This document shows positions 53,236 through 64,000 of a stretch of 64,000 nucleotides of DNA, piece by piece. The position numbers were made by a program, and so were the translations under genes. The first letter of the stretch is position 1. Every line of letters starts with the position of its first letter. This stretch comes from Malacoraja senta (Eukaryota): assembly GCA_038087875.1 (NCBI GenBank), contig CM075986.1:16554001-16618000 (forward strand), read 5' to 3'. Under the pieces are notes generated by a model that made no database searches, had not been told where the DNA came from, and worked only from the letters and a program-made list of their open reading frames with translations.

Positions 53236-53338
53236 ACAGATGAACGCTCATCGGAAAATATTGTGCCTCCCCAGAACTGGGACACCATGAACAACTACCC
53301 AGCAGACAGTGGTTCCTATGAACTGCTGACTGCAATAG
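53236..53338 (+). CDS. STRADA: STRADA exon (TDERSSENIVPPQNWDTMNNYPADSGSYELLTAIG)
   Basis: 103 nt, cttag/gtaat borders; the kinase fold begins at YELL..IG. Confidence 0.93.
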
Positions 53339-54750
53339 GTAATGTGTGTGGTGTGTGTGTGTCTGTGAACATGTGTGCATGTTTATGCAAGAACGTTTTT
53401 CCATAATATCTTTTCAGGCAGAGAGTAAAAAATGTTGATCCAGCATTTTGAAGGAATAGTGAAAAGATACTCATGGGATGATGAAAGGTATTGGTGGTTC
53501 CATATTGTTGATGCTGAAGTCCTTTTGTGGCAGAAAACAGAGGAGAACAATGCAGTCAGATTCTGATAACAGGTTTCACTTTGGATTGGAAATAAGTCCT
53601 TAGACCTTCTAGAACAGTTAAACGCCGAGTAGTCTCCAATCACCAACAAAATGATAGAATGGAATTTCCTAAGAGTAAAAATAACCAGGATTGCATTCAA
53701 CTTTATTAACATCTTTGCACATTGGGTCAGGTTAATTTTTCCCCATGATCGTATAATTCAGAGATTGATGATGATCAAGCAATATTCTCCCTATATTTTA
53801 TTATGGTACAGTAAATATTTTTACCAAACTTCCACCATCAGAATTTAACTCTTCCTTCTGTTATAAATAGTGGCAGCTGCTTAGGATTTTTTTTGGGGGG
53901 GCGGGGGGGTTATTTTGCTTCCATTTTTTGGGGAGAGTTTAAGTAAATAACAAATTTGTTGTTATTAAATCTCTCACTTCAACATGTTGAAGAGATGTTC
54001 AGTGTTACAGTGCAATCTGTTGTGAATTTGCCCAATTTTATTAAATAGGGAATTGTTATGTAAACAAAGCTTTAAAGTGACGATATTTCTCCCATTTTCT
54101 TTCCCCATGTCAACATCTGCAAGTGATCACAACCAAAGCATAGGTCAGAATTAAAAGGAGATGAGCTTTTTCGGGTATTGTTGCCAGTGAACAGCTTTGT
54201 ACAAAATGTCTTTCACTATGTTAAAGCACTGTTGGTCTTGAAAGGAAATACCTTAAAGCACTTTCCTTCATGAAGCATTATGTGGGGGATTGACTTAGAA
54301 AGGCATTTATGATAATACAATTCCAGAAAAAGCTAGCGCATGAATGTCCCAGTAATTTGTTTATCATGTTTAAAGGAGAATTCTTAATCCATGCACCAGA
54401 AAAAAATCCTACTCAAAGTATTTTCATGCAGTTGATCACATCTACTTATGCAGGCAGGTAAAGCCAAAATTTGATTATTTCTAACTTCCTTATAACTGCA
54501 GTGGAGAATGGGCTAATGTTGTGCAATTAATTAAATTCTGGATGGAGCCATGAATATTTGATCTTTGGTTTTTGAGAAACCGATGAACTAACCCATGTTC
54601 ATCCAGAGCAAGAAGTATGAGGCAAACAGCTGCCAATGGAGTGTGTGCAAACAGAATGAATCCCGCTGTTAAATTGGGTGGATGTAGTTGTGAACCACAA
54701 CTATTGAGATGATTCCGCATTTTTAAAAAAAGGCTGTCTTTCTCGCCCAG

Positions 54751-54872
54751 GTAAAGGGTTTGATGACATCATGACTGTAACCCTGGGGAGGTGTAAACGG
54801 ACTGGCCAGCAGGTGGCTGTTCGGAGAATGAACTTGGACAACTGCACCAACGAGATGCTTGCTTTATTACAG
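54751..54872 (+). CDS. STRADA: STRADA exon (GKGFDDIMTVTLGRCKRTGQQVAVRRMNLDNCTNEMLALLQ)
   Basis: 122 nt; Gly-loop GKGF and VAVRR (Arg in place of the catalytic Lys, as in STRAD-alpha). Confidence 0.95.
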
Positions 54873-55818
54873 GTAAGGTCCTGTTAGTTGCGGAAAGGTG
54901 AATGGCCACATTCTCTTCCCTAAGGTAGTGGAGACTAAACTAGTCGGCATAGGTTTAAAGTGAGAGGGGAAAGTTAAAAAAGGACCTGATGGGCAATTTA
55001 TTCATACAGAGGGTATGAATATCCTTGTCCTTCTTGGTGAATACAGATACAAAGTACTGGTTTAGTGCCTTTCCTACATCGTCTGACTCCAAGTATAAAT
55101 TGACTCCTTTGTCCTTGATTGGGGACTCCTTCCCAACTCCCAACTTACCTCCATGTTTTTAATGTACATGTGAAACGTCTTGGGATTTTCTTTAAATCCG
55201 ACTTGCCAATAACATTTCATGGCCCCTTTTGGTTCTTTATATTCCCTGCGTGGGTTCTTTCCTGCTGGCTTTATATTCTTCAATAGTTTAGAGAGATTAA
55301 ATGGGTATTCATATTAACCATCAAATAGTCCCATTGAAATTCTACAGACTAGTCTTTGCAGAGAAACACAAGCCCAGAAGAGCAGCCAGGGTGGAGCTCG
55401 CAAGCTTTCATTTCTTGCACACCAATAGATCCAAAGGCTCTCCAAATCTGCATGAATTCATGCCAAAAAAAACCATACAAATGTGATGTTTGATGCAAAT
55501 TTGGTGAGAGCTTTGAATTTATAACATTTTTAATAGTGAGAAATGAAACACGTTGGAAGCACCTTATATGGATATTAGAAGTAATGATGGTTGTCTATTG
55601 TGCCTTCTGTTCAGTATATTATTATAAACTTCTAATTAGCTGTGAATAATGTTTTAACACAAAATTGTCAAAGAAAGAATAGAATAGTGCATTGAACAGA
55701 TGCACAGAATAGTGGAGAAAGATGTGTTAAGTACTCCGCTCAGTGGATACTTTTACTCTGTTAACTCATTAGCTGCTAAAGCATGTTATTTGGTACCCTA
55801 ACTGTTTTCATTCACTAG

Positions 55819-55927
55819 GGTGAGCTCCACATATCAAAATTGTTTCACCACCCCAATATATTGCCATACAAAGCCACATTGATCGCCAACAATGAGGTGT
55901 GGATAGTGACTCCATTCATGGCCTATG
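55819..55927 (+). CDS. STRADA: STRADA exon ([36 protein letters not shown])
   Basis: 109 nt, actag/gtaagt borders. Confidence 0.96.
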
Positions 55928-56629
55928 GTAAGTTTGGCACATCAGTCATGGAGATTATTGTGCCTTTGAAAGTCGTGTTACATTCTCACGTTGCTGAGCT
56001 CTTTCCAATCCATTAATTGTGGATTGTGCAATGTTAAAGTTATTGATTACCATGCTGCTTGCAACGTTGGGGCCATATGTAACTATGTGATGAGTTTGTC
56101 ACCAGTCTGCTTGTTTCTACCTCTGTATCACCTGACTTTGGCTTGCATCCTGACCATCTTCTTCTCTTCTCTCTCCCATTAGTCTGAGTACATCCCAAAC
56201 TCAGCCACCCATGCCATAAGTTGCATGTTGCATTCACTCAACAACTTGTGCTTACACTTGGTTCTGTTTTTCCATCCTTATTTTTAAATTCCTATGGCTT
56301 CACCCTCCTACCTGTATAATATCCTCTAAGTGTTCCTCCAATATTTGCCCCTTGAACATCCTCAAATTTAGTCACAACCACTGACTGTTGGGTCTTCAGA
56401 TACCAGAATTTCCTCCCTTCATTGTTTGAAATGAAAACCTCCTCTTCAAATTTTTCATCGCCTGTATTAATATTTTCTGGTGACTCTGTGTCAAAGTTTG
56501 CTTGATAATGCTCCTGTTCCCGTATAAACACTAATTTCAGTCTAGTTCTGACAGATTTCCAAACCTGTCGTGCACAGATGCGTTCCATTTTAAATTGATG
56601 TTAATTATGTTATGTGGTCTCCTTACCAG

Positions 56630-56753
56630 GTTCTGCTAAAGATCTGATGAACACCCATTTTACTGATGGTCTGAATGAGCCCACAATTGCCTACATCCTG
56701 CAAGGGGTGCTAAAGTCCTTGGTTTATATTCATAGAATGGGATATGTGCACAG
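56630..56753 (+). CDS. STRADA: STRADA exon ([42 protein letters not shown])
   Basis: 124 nt, accag/gtaat borders. Confidence 0.96.
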
Positions 56754-58974
56754 GTAATGTACTGCGGCTCAGGCTGCAAGCAAAATTAATTGAGTGAGTC
56801 TTGCTTTTGAAAATGTATTTATGTGATTCAGCATTTAAACATACTATTGCACAGCCAGACTTGAATTCTATGTAAAACTGGTATTGAAAAATACCAAAAA
56901 ATGAAATAGAATGAAACTGTTTGTTTCTTGGTGTTTGGTTTGATACTTTCATCGAATCACCCTTACATTTTCTGGTATAATAGAAAAACCTTTTTTTTCT
57001 TCATAGGTGTATTCATATGTATTTTCCAAGTACCTGACAATAGCCCAGTCATAGAATAATTCAGTACGGAAACAGTCCCTTCGCCCCAACTAGTCCATGG
57101 CGACCAAAATGTTCCATCTAAGCTAGTCCCATTTACCAAGGCTCCAGTAGATTCTTAAGAATTTTTTCTGGTGTAAGACTGATCACTGGAATTGTGCTTG
57201 CCCTTTCTCTCGTTTTTCAGTTGATGTTAGTCAGTTGCATTCTGGGGTCAATTTTATTTTTATAATTTATACCTTTATTAATATCCAGGCACCTCTGGCA
57301 AGGATGACATTGTAGTGAATTAGTCTCACTGCTGTGTACAGAGTGCCAGGATTTTTTATCAGCAACGATGATATATCAGCAATATATTTCTAAGTCAATA
57401 TGGTATGCTACTTGGAGAACATGCAGTTGGTGATACAGCCATTCAACTTCTGTCCTTGTCCTCCTGGACTGTAGACATTGCAGGTTAAGAAGATGTTAGA
57501 ATAGCTTGGATGAATTTGTAAATGTAGCATTTTGTGAAGACGTACATTGCACCTAGTGAATAGTGGTGGTGAAGCTAATAGTGGTGGATGAGGTACCAAT
57601 TGAGTGGGCTGCTTTATTCAGCACATTGTTTAATATTATTGGAATTGCACTCATCCAGAGTATTCCAATGCACCCCTAATCCATGCTTGCAGAAAGGCAG
57701 GATGAGAGTATATTATATTCCCACCTTGTCACTATGTCACCATGGTGTTTGGTCCAGTTGAATCTGTAATCAATGGTGACTACCCTCTCCCATCATGACT
57801 CCCCAGGATGTTGATGACAGTAAACTCAGCAATGGGAAGGAGTGGTGGTTACACTCGTTGAACACAGTGGTGCAAATGGTTGACCGCTGAAACCCACACT
57901 CATCTTCCTTTGTGGAAAGTATGTCTCTAGCCACTGGAGTGTTTTCTCCCTAATGCAGACATTTGATTCACATTGAATGATATTAGTAATTGGCTGAAGA
58001 CAAAACTCTGTGCTGGTAACGATCTCCGGAGAAAGTTGAGTTGGGACTCTGACTGTAATTTGGTTGTAAATGTTTAAGCTGCCACATAGTGAGGGCAGTA
58101 ATTGAAGGAGGAATCTCACCCCCCTCCTTCAGGCGATGTGTACTCCTTATGGACCACAATCCTGATCATGCATCCCTTGAAACTTTGTGAATAGGGTTTT
58201 ATACACAGTAGTGCTTTTTCATTTTGTGAATCTTTGGAACTCTGTTCCTCAAAGGGCAGTAGAAGAAGAATCATGGAATATTTTAAAGGAAGAAGTAGAC
58301 ACTTGATTGTTAAGGAGGTGAAAGGTTACCACAGATAAAATTGAACTTGTAGCATGGTGCAAGTACTAAATGCGTGTAGGAGGTGACAATGAATACTGCA
58401 GGGATTCCCTATTACAACATTTGCGGATCTGTAAAGCGCAGAGAAGCAATATAAGTTTGCACAAGTGGCATCTTCGTGTAACGAGATCCCCAATGTACAT
58501 TGCACAAAGCAGGGGCACCTGGCAAGGAAAGAAGTGTTGATTGGGCTCAATTCACTCAGTCAAAGGATCAAGCTGTCTCTTCATTGAGCCTGCATAATGA
58601 GTTACACTTCCCTAATCTTTCTACATCCCAGTTCCACTGTCCTTAGGTGCAGTGTACCGAATCCACCACCGATAAAAGATCAGACAACAGTGGGCAATTG
58701 TGGGCTCCACCTTTCCTTGATCATTGTTATTATTTGCATATCTTTCATTCATTTGTTCTATATCTCTCTATATCACCGTCCATATCTCTTGTTTCCTGTT
58801 CCCTTGACTCTCAGTCATAAGGTCATAAGTGATAGGAGCAGAATTAGGCCATTTGTCCCATTTAAGTCCACTCTGCCATTCAATCATGGCTGACCTATCT
58901 CCCCCTCCCAACCCCATTCTCCTGCCTTCTCCCCAAAACCCCTGACACCCGTACTAATCAAGAATCTATCTCTC

Positions 58975-59103
58975 AGTCTGAAGCAGTGTCTTGACCTGAA
59001 ATGTCACCTATTCCTTTTAGCCAGAGAGCTGCCTGACCCACTGAGTTACTCCAGCTTTTGTGTCTATCTTTGGATTAAACCAGCATCTGCAGTTCCTTCC
59101 TAC
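58975..59103 (+). mobile_element. Penelope-type element with degenerate hammerhead core
   Basis: CAGTCTGAAGCAGTGTCTTGACCTGAAATGTCACC...GCAGTTCCTTCCTAC. Confidence 0.7.
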
Positions 59104-59287
59104 CTGGTTGCCTTGTGTCCGGTTCTTTTTTTCTAGCCTCCTTTAGTTAAATTCCTGCTTTTTAACTAATAAATTGCACACCTCTGTTAAATCTCCCCTC
59201 AACCTTCACTGGTGTAAAAATGTCCAGCCTGCCCAGTCGCTGTATCATCAGCATGGTAAAGTAATCAACTTATTTTGTTCTTTTCAG

Positions 59288-59459
59288 GAGTGTTCAAGCA
59301 AGTCACATTCTAATATCATCAGAGGGACAGGTTTATTTATCAGGACTACGCAGTATTTTCAGTATGATCAGCCATGGACAACGGCTACGGGTGATCCATG
59401 ACTTCCCAAAATACAGTGTTAAAATATTACCATGGCTGAGCCCTGAGTTGTTGCAGCAG
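59288..59459 (+). CDS. STRADA: STRADA exon ([57 protein letters not shown])
   Basis: 172 nt; pseudokinase hallmarks HRS (for HRD) and GLR (for DFG). Confidence 0.97.
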
Positions 59460-59509
59460 GTAAGCCCGCACCTACATACACATACTAATTAGGAGAATAA
59501 GTAAACCTA

Positions 59510-59738
59510 CTCTACCTGGTTTGCCGGGTGAGGAAGGGACTGGACCCCCAGCAAGACCAAACACAAGACCTGTCAAAGGGCGGATGAGCTCCCAGTGAGC
59601 CAACCGTCATCCACACTTCAGAAGAAGTTGCGATCACTGTCGTACATAGCATTGTCAGGAACGATGAAATCACCATGCCCGTCGGACACCAGCACCACTG
59701 CGTCGCTAATGTTTTCAACGATGATGAATGAATGAATC
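59510..59738 (+). mobile_element. Unclassified short retroposon with (GAT)n/(GAAT)n tail, possibly RTE-dependent
   Basis: GC-richer block ending CAACGATGATGAATGAATGAAT. Confidence 0.4.
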
Positions 59739-60389
59739 TACCACTTAATAGTGTCATGGCTGCTGATTGTAACCTCAACTCTGCTTTCCCATCACCCTAT
59801 AGTACTCTTTGAACCCTTATTTAGAAAAAATCTACCTACCACTGCCTATAAAGTTTTCAAAGATTCAATTTCCCATGCTCTTTGAGAACGAGTTCCAAAG
59901 TCACTCAATTCTCAGGGGGGAAGAAAATGCCTCTTCATGTTAAATGTGTAATCCATTTTTTTTTTTTTAAAGGGACTCATAGACTTAGATCCTCATTTGG
60001 GGAAATATCATCTCCACATCCAACCTGTCAAAACCCCTCAGGATCTTGTATGTTTCAATAAGTCCTCGCTGTTCTAAACTATAGTAGATGCAAACCTAGC
60101 TTGTCCACTTCTCCCTCATAAGATGACTTATCATTCCAGTCTAGTAATCCTTACTTCAGATAAGATCTCCGCATGCCCTATATAACAAAAGCATAACCAC
60201 CCTACTTTGGATTTGAATTTCCTTTGCAATTATTGATAATATTGTTAGCTAGCCTTTGGTAAATCATTCACTTGGACATCCATCTTCAGAGATCTAAAGT
60301 CTTTCACTATTTGGATAATATGCCGTTTTCATTTCACTTACCAAACTGGGATATTTTGCATTTTCCCACATTAAATGCCAGGGGCCTTA

Positions 60390-61860
60390 ATGTTGAGAGA
60401 CCCTGGGGTGCAAGTAAACAACTTGCTGAAAGTGGTGGCATGAGTAGATAGGGTAATGAAGAAGATATAGGGTATTCTTGCCTACATAGGCCAGGGCATT
60501 GAGAAGAAGAGTTGGTATATGATATTGTTGCTTTACAAAACAGTAGTGACTGTATTTGGAGTACTGTGAGCAATCTGGTCGCCACACTACAGGGAGGATG
60601 TAGTAGAGAGAGAGAGAGAGAGTGCAGAAGCAAATCACCGTGATCTTGTCTGGAATGGAGGGCTGTAAGTAGAACTTGGGTAGGTTTATTTCTACTAGAA
60701 CGTAGGAGGCTGACGGGTGACATAGATGTTTATAAAATTATGAGGGGCATAGAAGCAAAGAGGGAGTCATTTCCCAGGATGGGGGAGTCTAGAGCTAGAG
60801 GTCACAGGTTTAAAGTGAGGGAGGATAAATTCTAAGGCTATCTGAGGGGAACTTTTTTCTACACGGGGTTGTTGTTAATGTAATGAGATCCCAGAGATGA
60901 TGGAAGAAGCAAAAACAGTTAGAATGTTTAAAAAGTATTTGCACAGGTTTGCATTGGAAAGGCAAACCTAGGGCATGCAAATGCGATTAGTATAGTTAAT
61001 GGCAAAGCAATGGAGGATGGGGTTGCTGAATGGATTAGGCAAATAAATTAGCAGAGAAGACAACAGAAAAGCAGTGGAGAAATGTAAGGAGCGAATTCAT
61101 GACTCCTAGCAAAAATATATTCCAATGAAGAAAGATTCGGAAGAGTATAAGGAGGAATGAATCAACATAAATAACCAAATCAAGGACGTAAATGGAGATA
61201 TTAAGCTTTGGAGGGAAGAAACAGATTTTTGGTCCCCGCATGTGAAGCCAGCATACACAGGATCAAGCAGGGCAGCAAATGTAATGCTGGCTTATAATTC
61301 AAGGTAGTGGAATATAGAAGCAGAGTAGTCGTCTTGCTATTGTCCAATGTAGCAAGGAGTGTATTATGTACAGTTCTGGTCACCTTACTTAAATATGTAT
61401 TATCGCTGGAGGCAGTTCATACAAGGTTCACAAGAATGATCCTGTATATGGAGTGACTGTCTCAAGAGGAAAGGTTCAATAGGAATCTGCACTCAATGAG
61501 GTTCAAGAGAATGAGAGGCTATTGAAACGTGCAAGATTTGTATATGATGGGAGAATGTCTCCCTTTGTGAGATGGTCTAGGACCATAGGGTAGAGTCTCA
61601 TTCAAATTAACGAGATGAAGATTGAGATTAAGTATTTCTTCTATGAAAGGTTTGTGTGCCTTTGATATCTCTTGCCGTGGCAAACTGTAAAGATTGAATT
61701 TGTGAATGTATTCAAAGCTGAGATGGATAGACTTTTAATCAGTAAAGGAATCGTGGGTTATGGATGTAGGTGGGCGAGTGGACTTGAGGAAAGTTGGATC
61801 AGTCGTGATCATTTTCAATGGTGGAGCTCCTCTTGAGGGGCTGAAAAGCCTACTCCTGTT
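60390..61860 (+). mobile_element. Cluster of decayed CR1 3' fragments
   Basis: LEYC..WSPHYR-like remnants, GATGTTTATAAAATTATGAGGGG and CR1 3' UTR motifs. Confidence 0.7.
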
Positions 61861-62420
61861 CCGGTTTTGTTATGGTCAGTTTATCGTACTTAGAGCCAAC
61901 AGGTAGGCATTTCAAAACTTTGGACTCAGCAAAGGCAGGATCTGCTCATGTTATTTGTATGTCAAAGATTCGTAAATGACTTAAATGATTTTTTTCCATC
62001 TGGTCAGAGAAGATAAAGAGTTTCATCTTGTCTGTATTAACGTACCCATGCAACTACCATCCTTAAACGCTCGAGAAAGGTAGTGTTTACTAATCTCTTG
62101 TTTCAAAGCACAACACGATTACTGTTGGAAATAATTGTGTGTCATGTTTGGGTGCTTTGGATTGAGGAATAAGTGGTGAGAAATTGATAATCTCTAAAAT
62201 CCTCATTCTTATATAAAATTGGTGTATCTTTAATGTAAATGCTATTCAGAAATCTAAATTTAAGGTTTTTAATAGCATGTCAGTATTGCCGTTTTACAGT
62301 GGGTTGGTCGCATGTTAACTGGTCGTCAACCATTTGGGAAATGGGTTCTAGTGCTTTACTAATGCTGTTTGCAGATAGTAACTAAAGTACTTTTACAATT
62401 TTTACTTTGTTTTTCTACAG

Positions 62421-62525
62421 AATCTACAGGGTTATGATGCTAAATCTGATATTTACAGCCTGGGAATAACTGCATGCGAGCTGGCTAATGGACATGTCCC
62501 CTTCAAAAATATGCCTGCAACTCAG
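62421..62525 (+). CDS. STRADA: STRADA exon ([35 protein letters not shown])
   Basis: 105 nt, ctacag/gtata borders. The gene continues beyond the window. Confidence 0.96.
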
Positions 62526-64000
62526 GTATAGGTGCTGTGGAAAACCTGTCAAGACACAAACTGCACTGCAGGTCTTGCCACCTTGGCTTTGGTTGTCCCG
62601 TGATAATTGTAAATCCTGAATATCTGGCTCTGTAGACGAGGAAAAAGATGAAGAATCGTTAAATTAACAGATTGAGAACTATTCAAACTATCAGTGTGCA
62701 CTCCGTTTAATTCAATCTTCCCTGTTAATTGAATACAATGAAGCATGGTATTTTCTGACAGAGAAGTGCTCTTTGCCAGTTAGATAAGATAGGACGTAAT
62801 GGGTTGAGTGGATTGAAAAGCAATGTCCAGAACAAAAAAGCCAATGGTTGCAATTCCATGCAAAGGTCTAAACGATGAACTAAACTTTAATTAGTGGTTT
62901 TATATTGCAATTGAAACTAAAAATAGTGAGGCTGCATGAGAACACAACTCTGGGGCGTGAGCAGACTCTCCTCAGTGTCCAGCAGGTGGAGCAGTAATCA
63001 ACACAATCAGAAGGGTGAAGATGTACAGGTCCTCCCCAGGTTAAGGACACTGACTTATATACAGACCGTGCATACATGCGAGCATTTTCAAGACTGCAAG
63101 TACTGCAGGCACCTTCTGCCACGTAGGAACTCAGTTTGTGACCGTGTTCCCTACTTGTGAACTGTCCCGGTTATGAGCAGTTCACAGGAATGGGACCATG
63201 CTGAAACCCAGAGGACACCTGTATTCAGCAGAATCTAGAGTATGAGTCAGAGCAGCTTGTGAGCAGCGTTGTAGCCAATTAGGCAGTGTAGCACATCACT
63301 TTGTCTTTCACAATTATATAAAATGTACAGAAGAGAATAATCTAGAAGATGATCAGAAGGAGAAAAAGAAGTTTAAACTGGTGAAAGGCAAAGTTGTATT
63401 AGGAAGCTCAGGTTTGTATGAAGGTGAATAACTGAAACAAGTGGAGTAAAAGTTGAAACCCAAGAACCGTAATTAATTTCCGTAATTAAAAGCTACACCA
63501 AGGGGAATTTACTATTTCATCTGGATGAATAAGCTGGTGTGGTGAATGACTTGTTTACCTGTAATTATCTTGTGATGCTCCACATGTTAACAATTAGAAG
63601 ATAACAATATTAAGGTAATTTAGTTGTTCCAAACCAATAAATTGAAGGGATAAAATACATGCTGCAACAAATGTTAGTGAAACCAGGGATAAGATCTCTG
63701 AATTCAATGGTAGTCATGAGGGGCAGTGGAGAAGCTGATGATGATGTGCAGGAAAGAACTGCAGATGCTGGTTTATATCAAAGGTAGACAGAAAATGTTG
63801 CTGGGAGTACATGGATGGTGGAATGTATTGTGAAGAAAGTGATATAAGAAAAATGGATTAGAGACAAAAAGCTGGTTTTAAGATCAATCAATGGCAAAAT
63901 AGTGCAGATAATCATGAGCCAGAGAAAACAAAATTAATTGTAGGTAAATAGTCTCGGTATATGGCAGCGGAATGGTTTACAGAGAAGTAGATTTTTCCTG

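Noticed and set aside
53236-62525. Possibility that the kinase-like gene is STRADB or an active STE20 kinase
   Set aside because: MSFL, RWVSEK, GELH..KLF, SGLR and [13 protein letters not shown] match STRADA. HRS and GLR show it is a pseudokinase.

Overview
Vertebrate genomic DNA. The repeat content (tRNA-derived V-SINE/HE1-like SINEs, CR1 LINEs, Penelope-type repeats) suggests a cartilaginous fish, probably a skate or ray; this is an inference. Two spliced genes run head-to-head from one CpG island at about 30.6-31.8 kb. DDX42 (DEAD-box helicase SF3b125) is on the minus strand, with 14 coding exons from 28929 down to 2437 and its 3' end outside the window. STRADA (LKB1-activating pseudokinase STRAD-alpha) is on the plus strand, with 9 coding exons from 39675 to 62525 and its 3' end also outside the window. 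All coding exons have GT-AG borders and join in frame. The introns hold a full-length decayed Tc1 (IR/DR, Passport-like) transposon, a decayed Helitron PIF1-helicase fossil, a young L2 fragment, and many CR1/RTE fragments and SINEs. They also hold more than 15 copies of a short repeat family with a minimal hammerhead-ribozyme core, variable fold-back arms and 8-17 bp target-site duplications. Other notable points: no CCDC47 between DDX42 and STRADA (unlike human), and Gln at the STRADA position equivalent to the ATP-contacting Lys197. Protein comparisons are to human sequences recalled from memory, not database searches.
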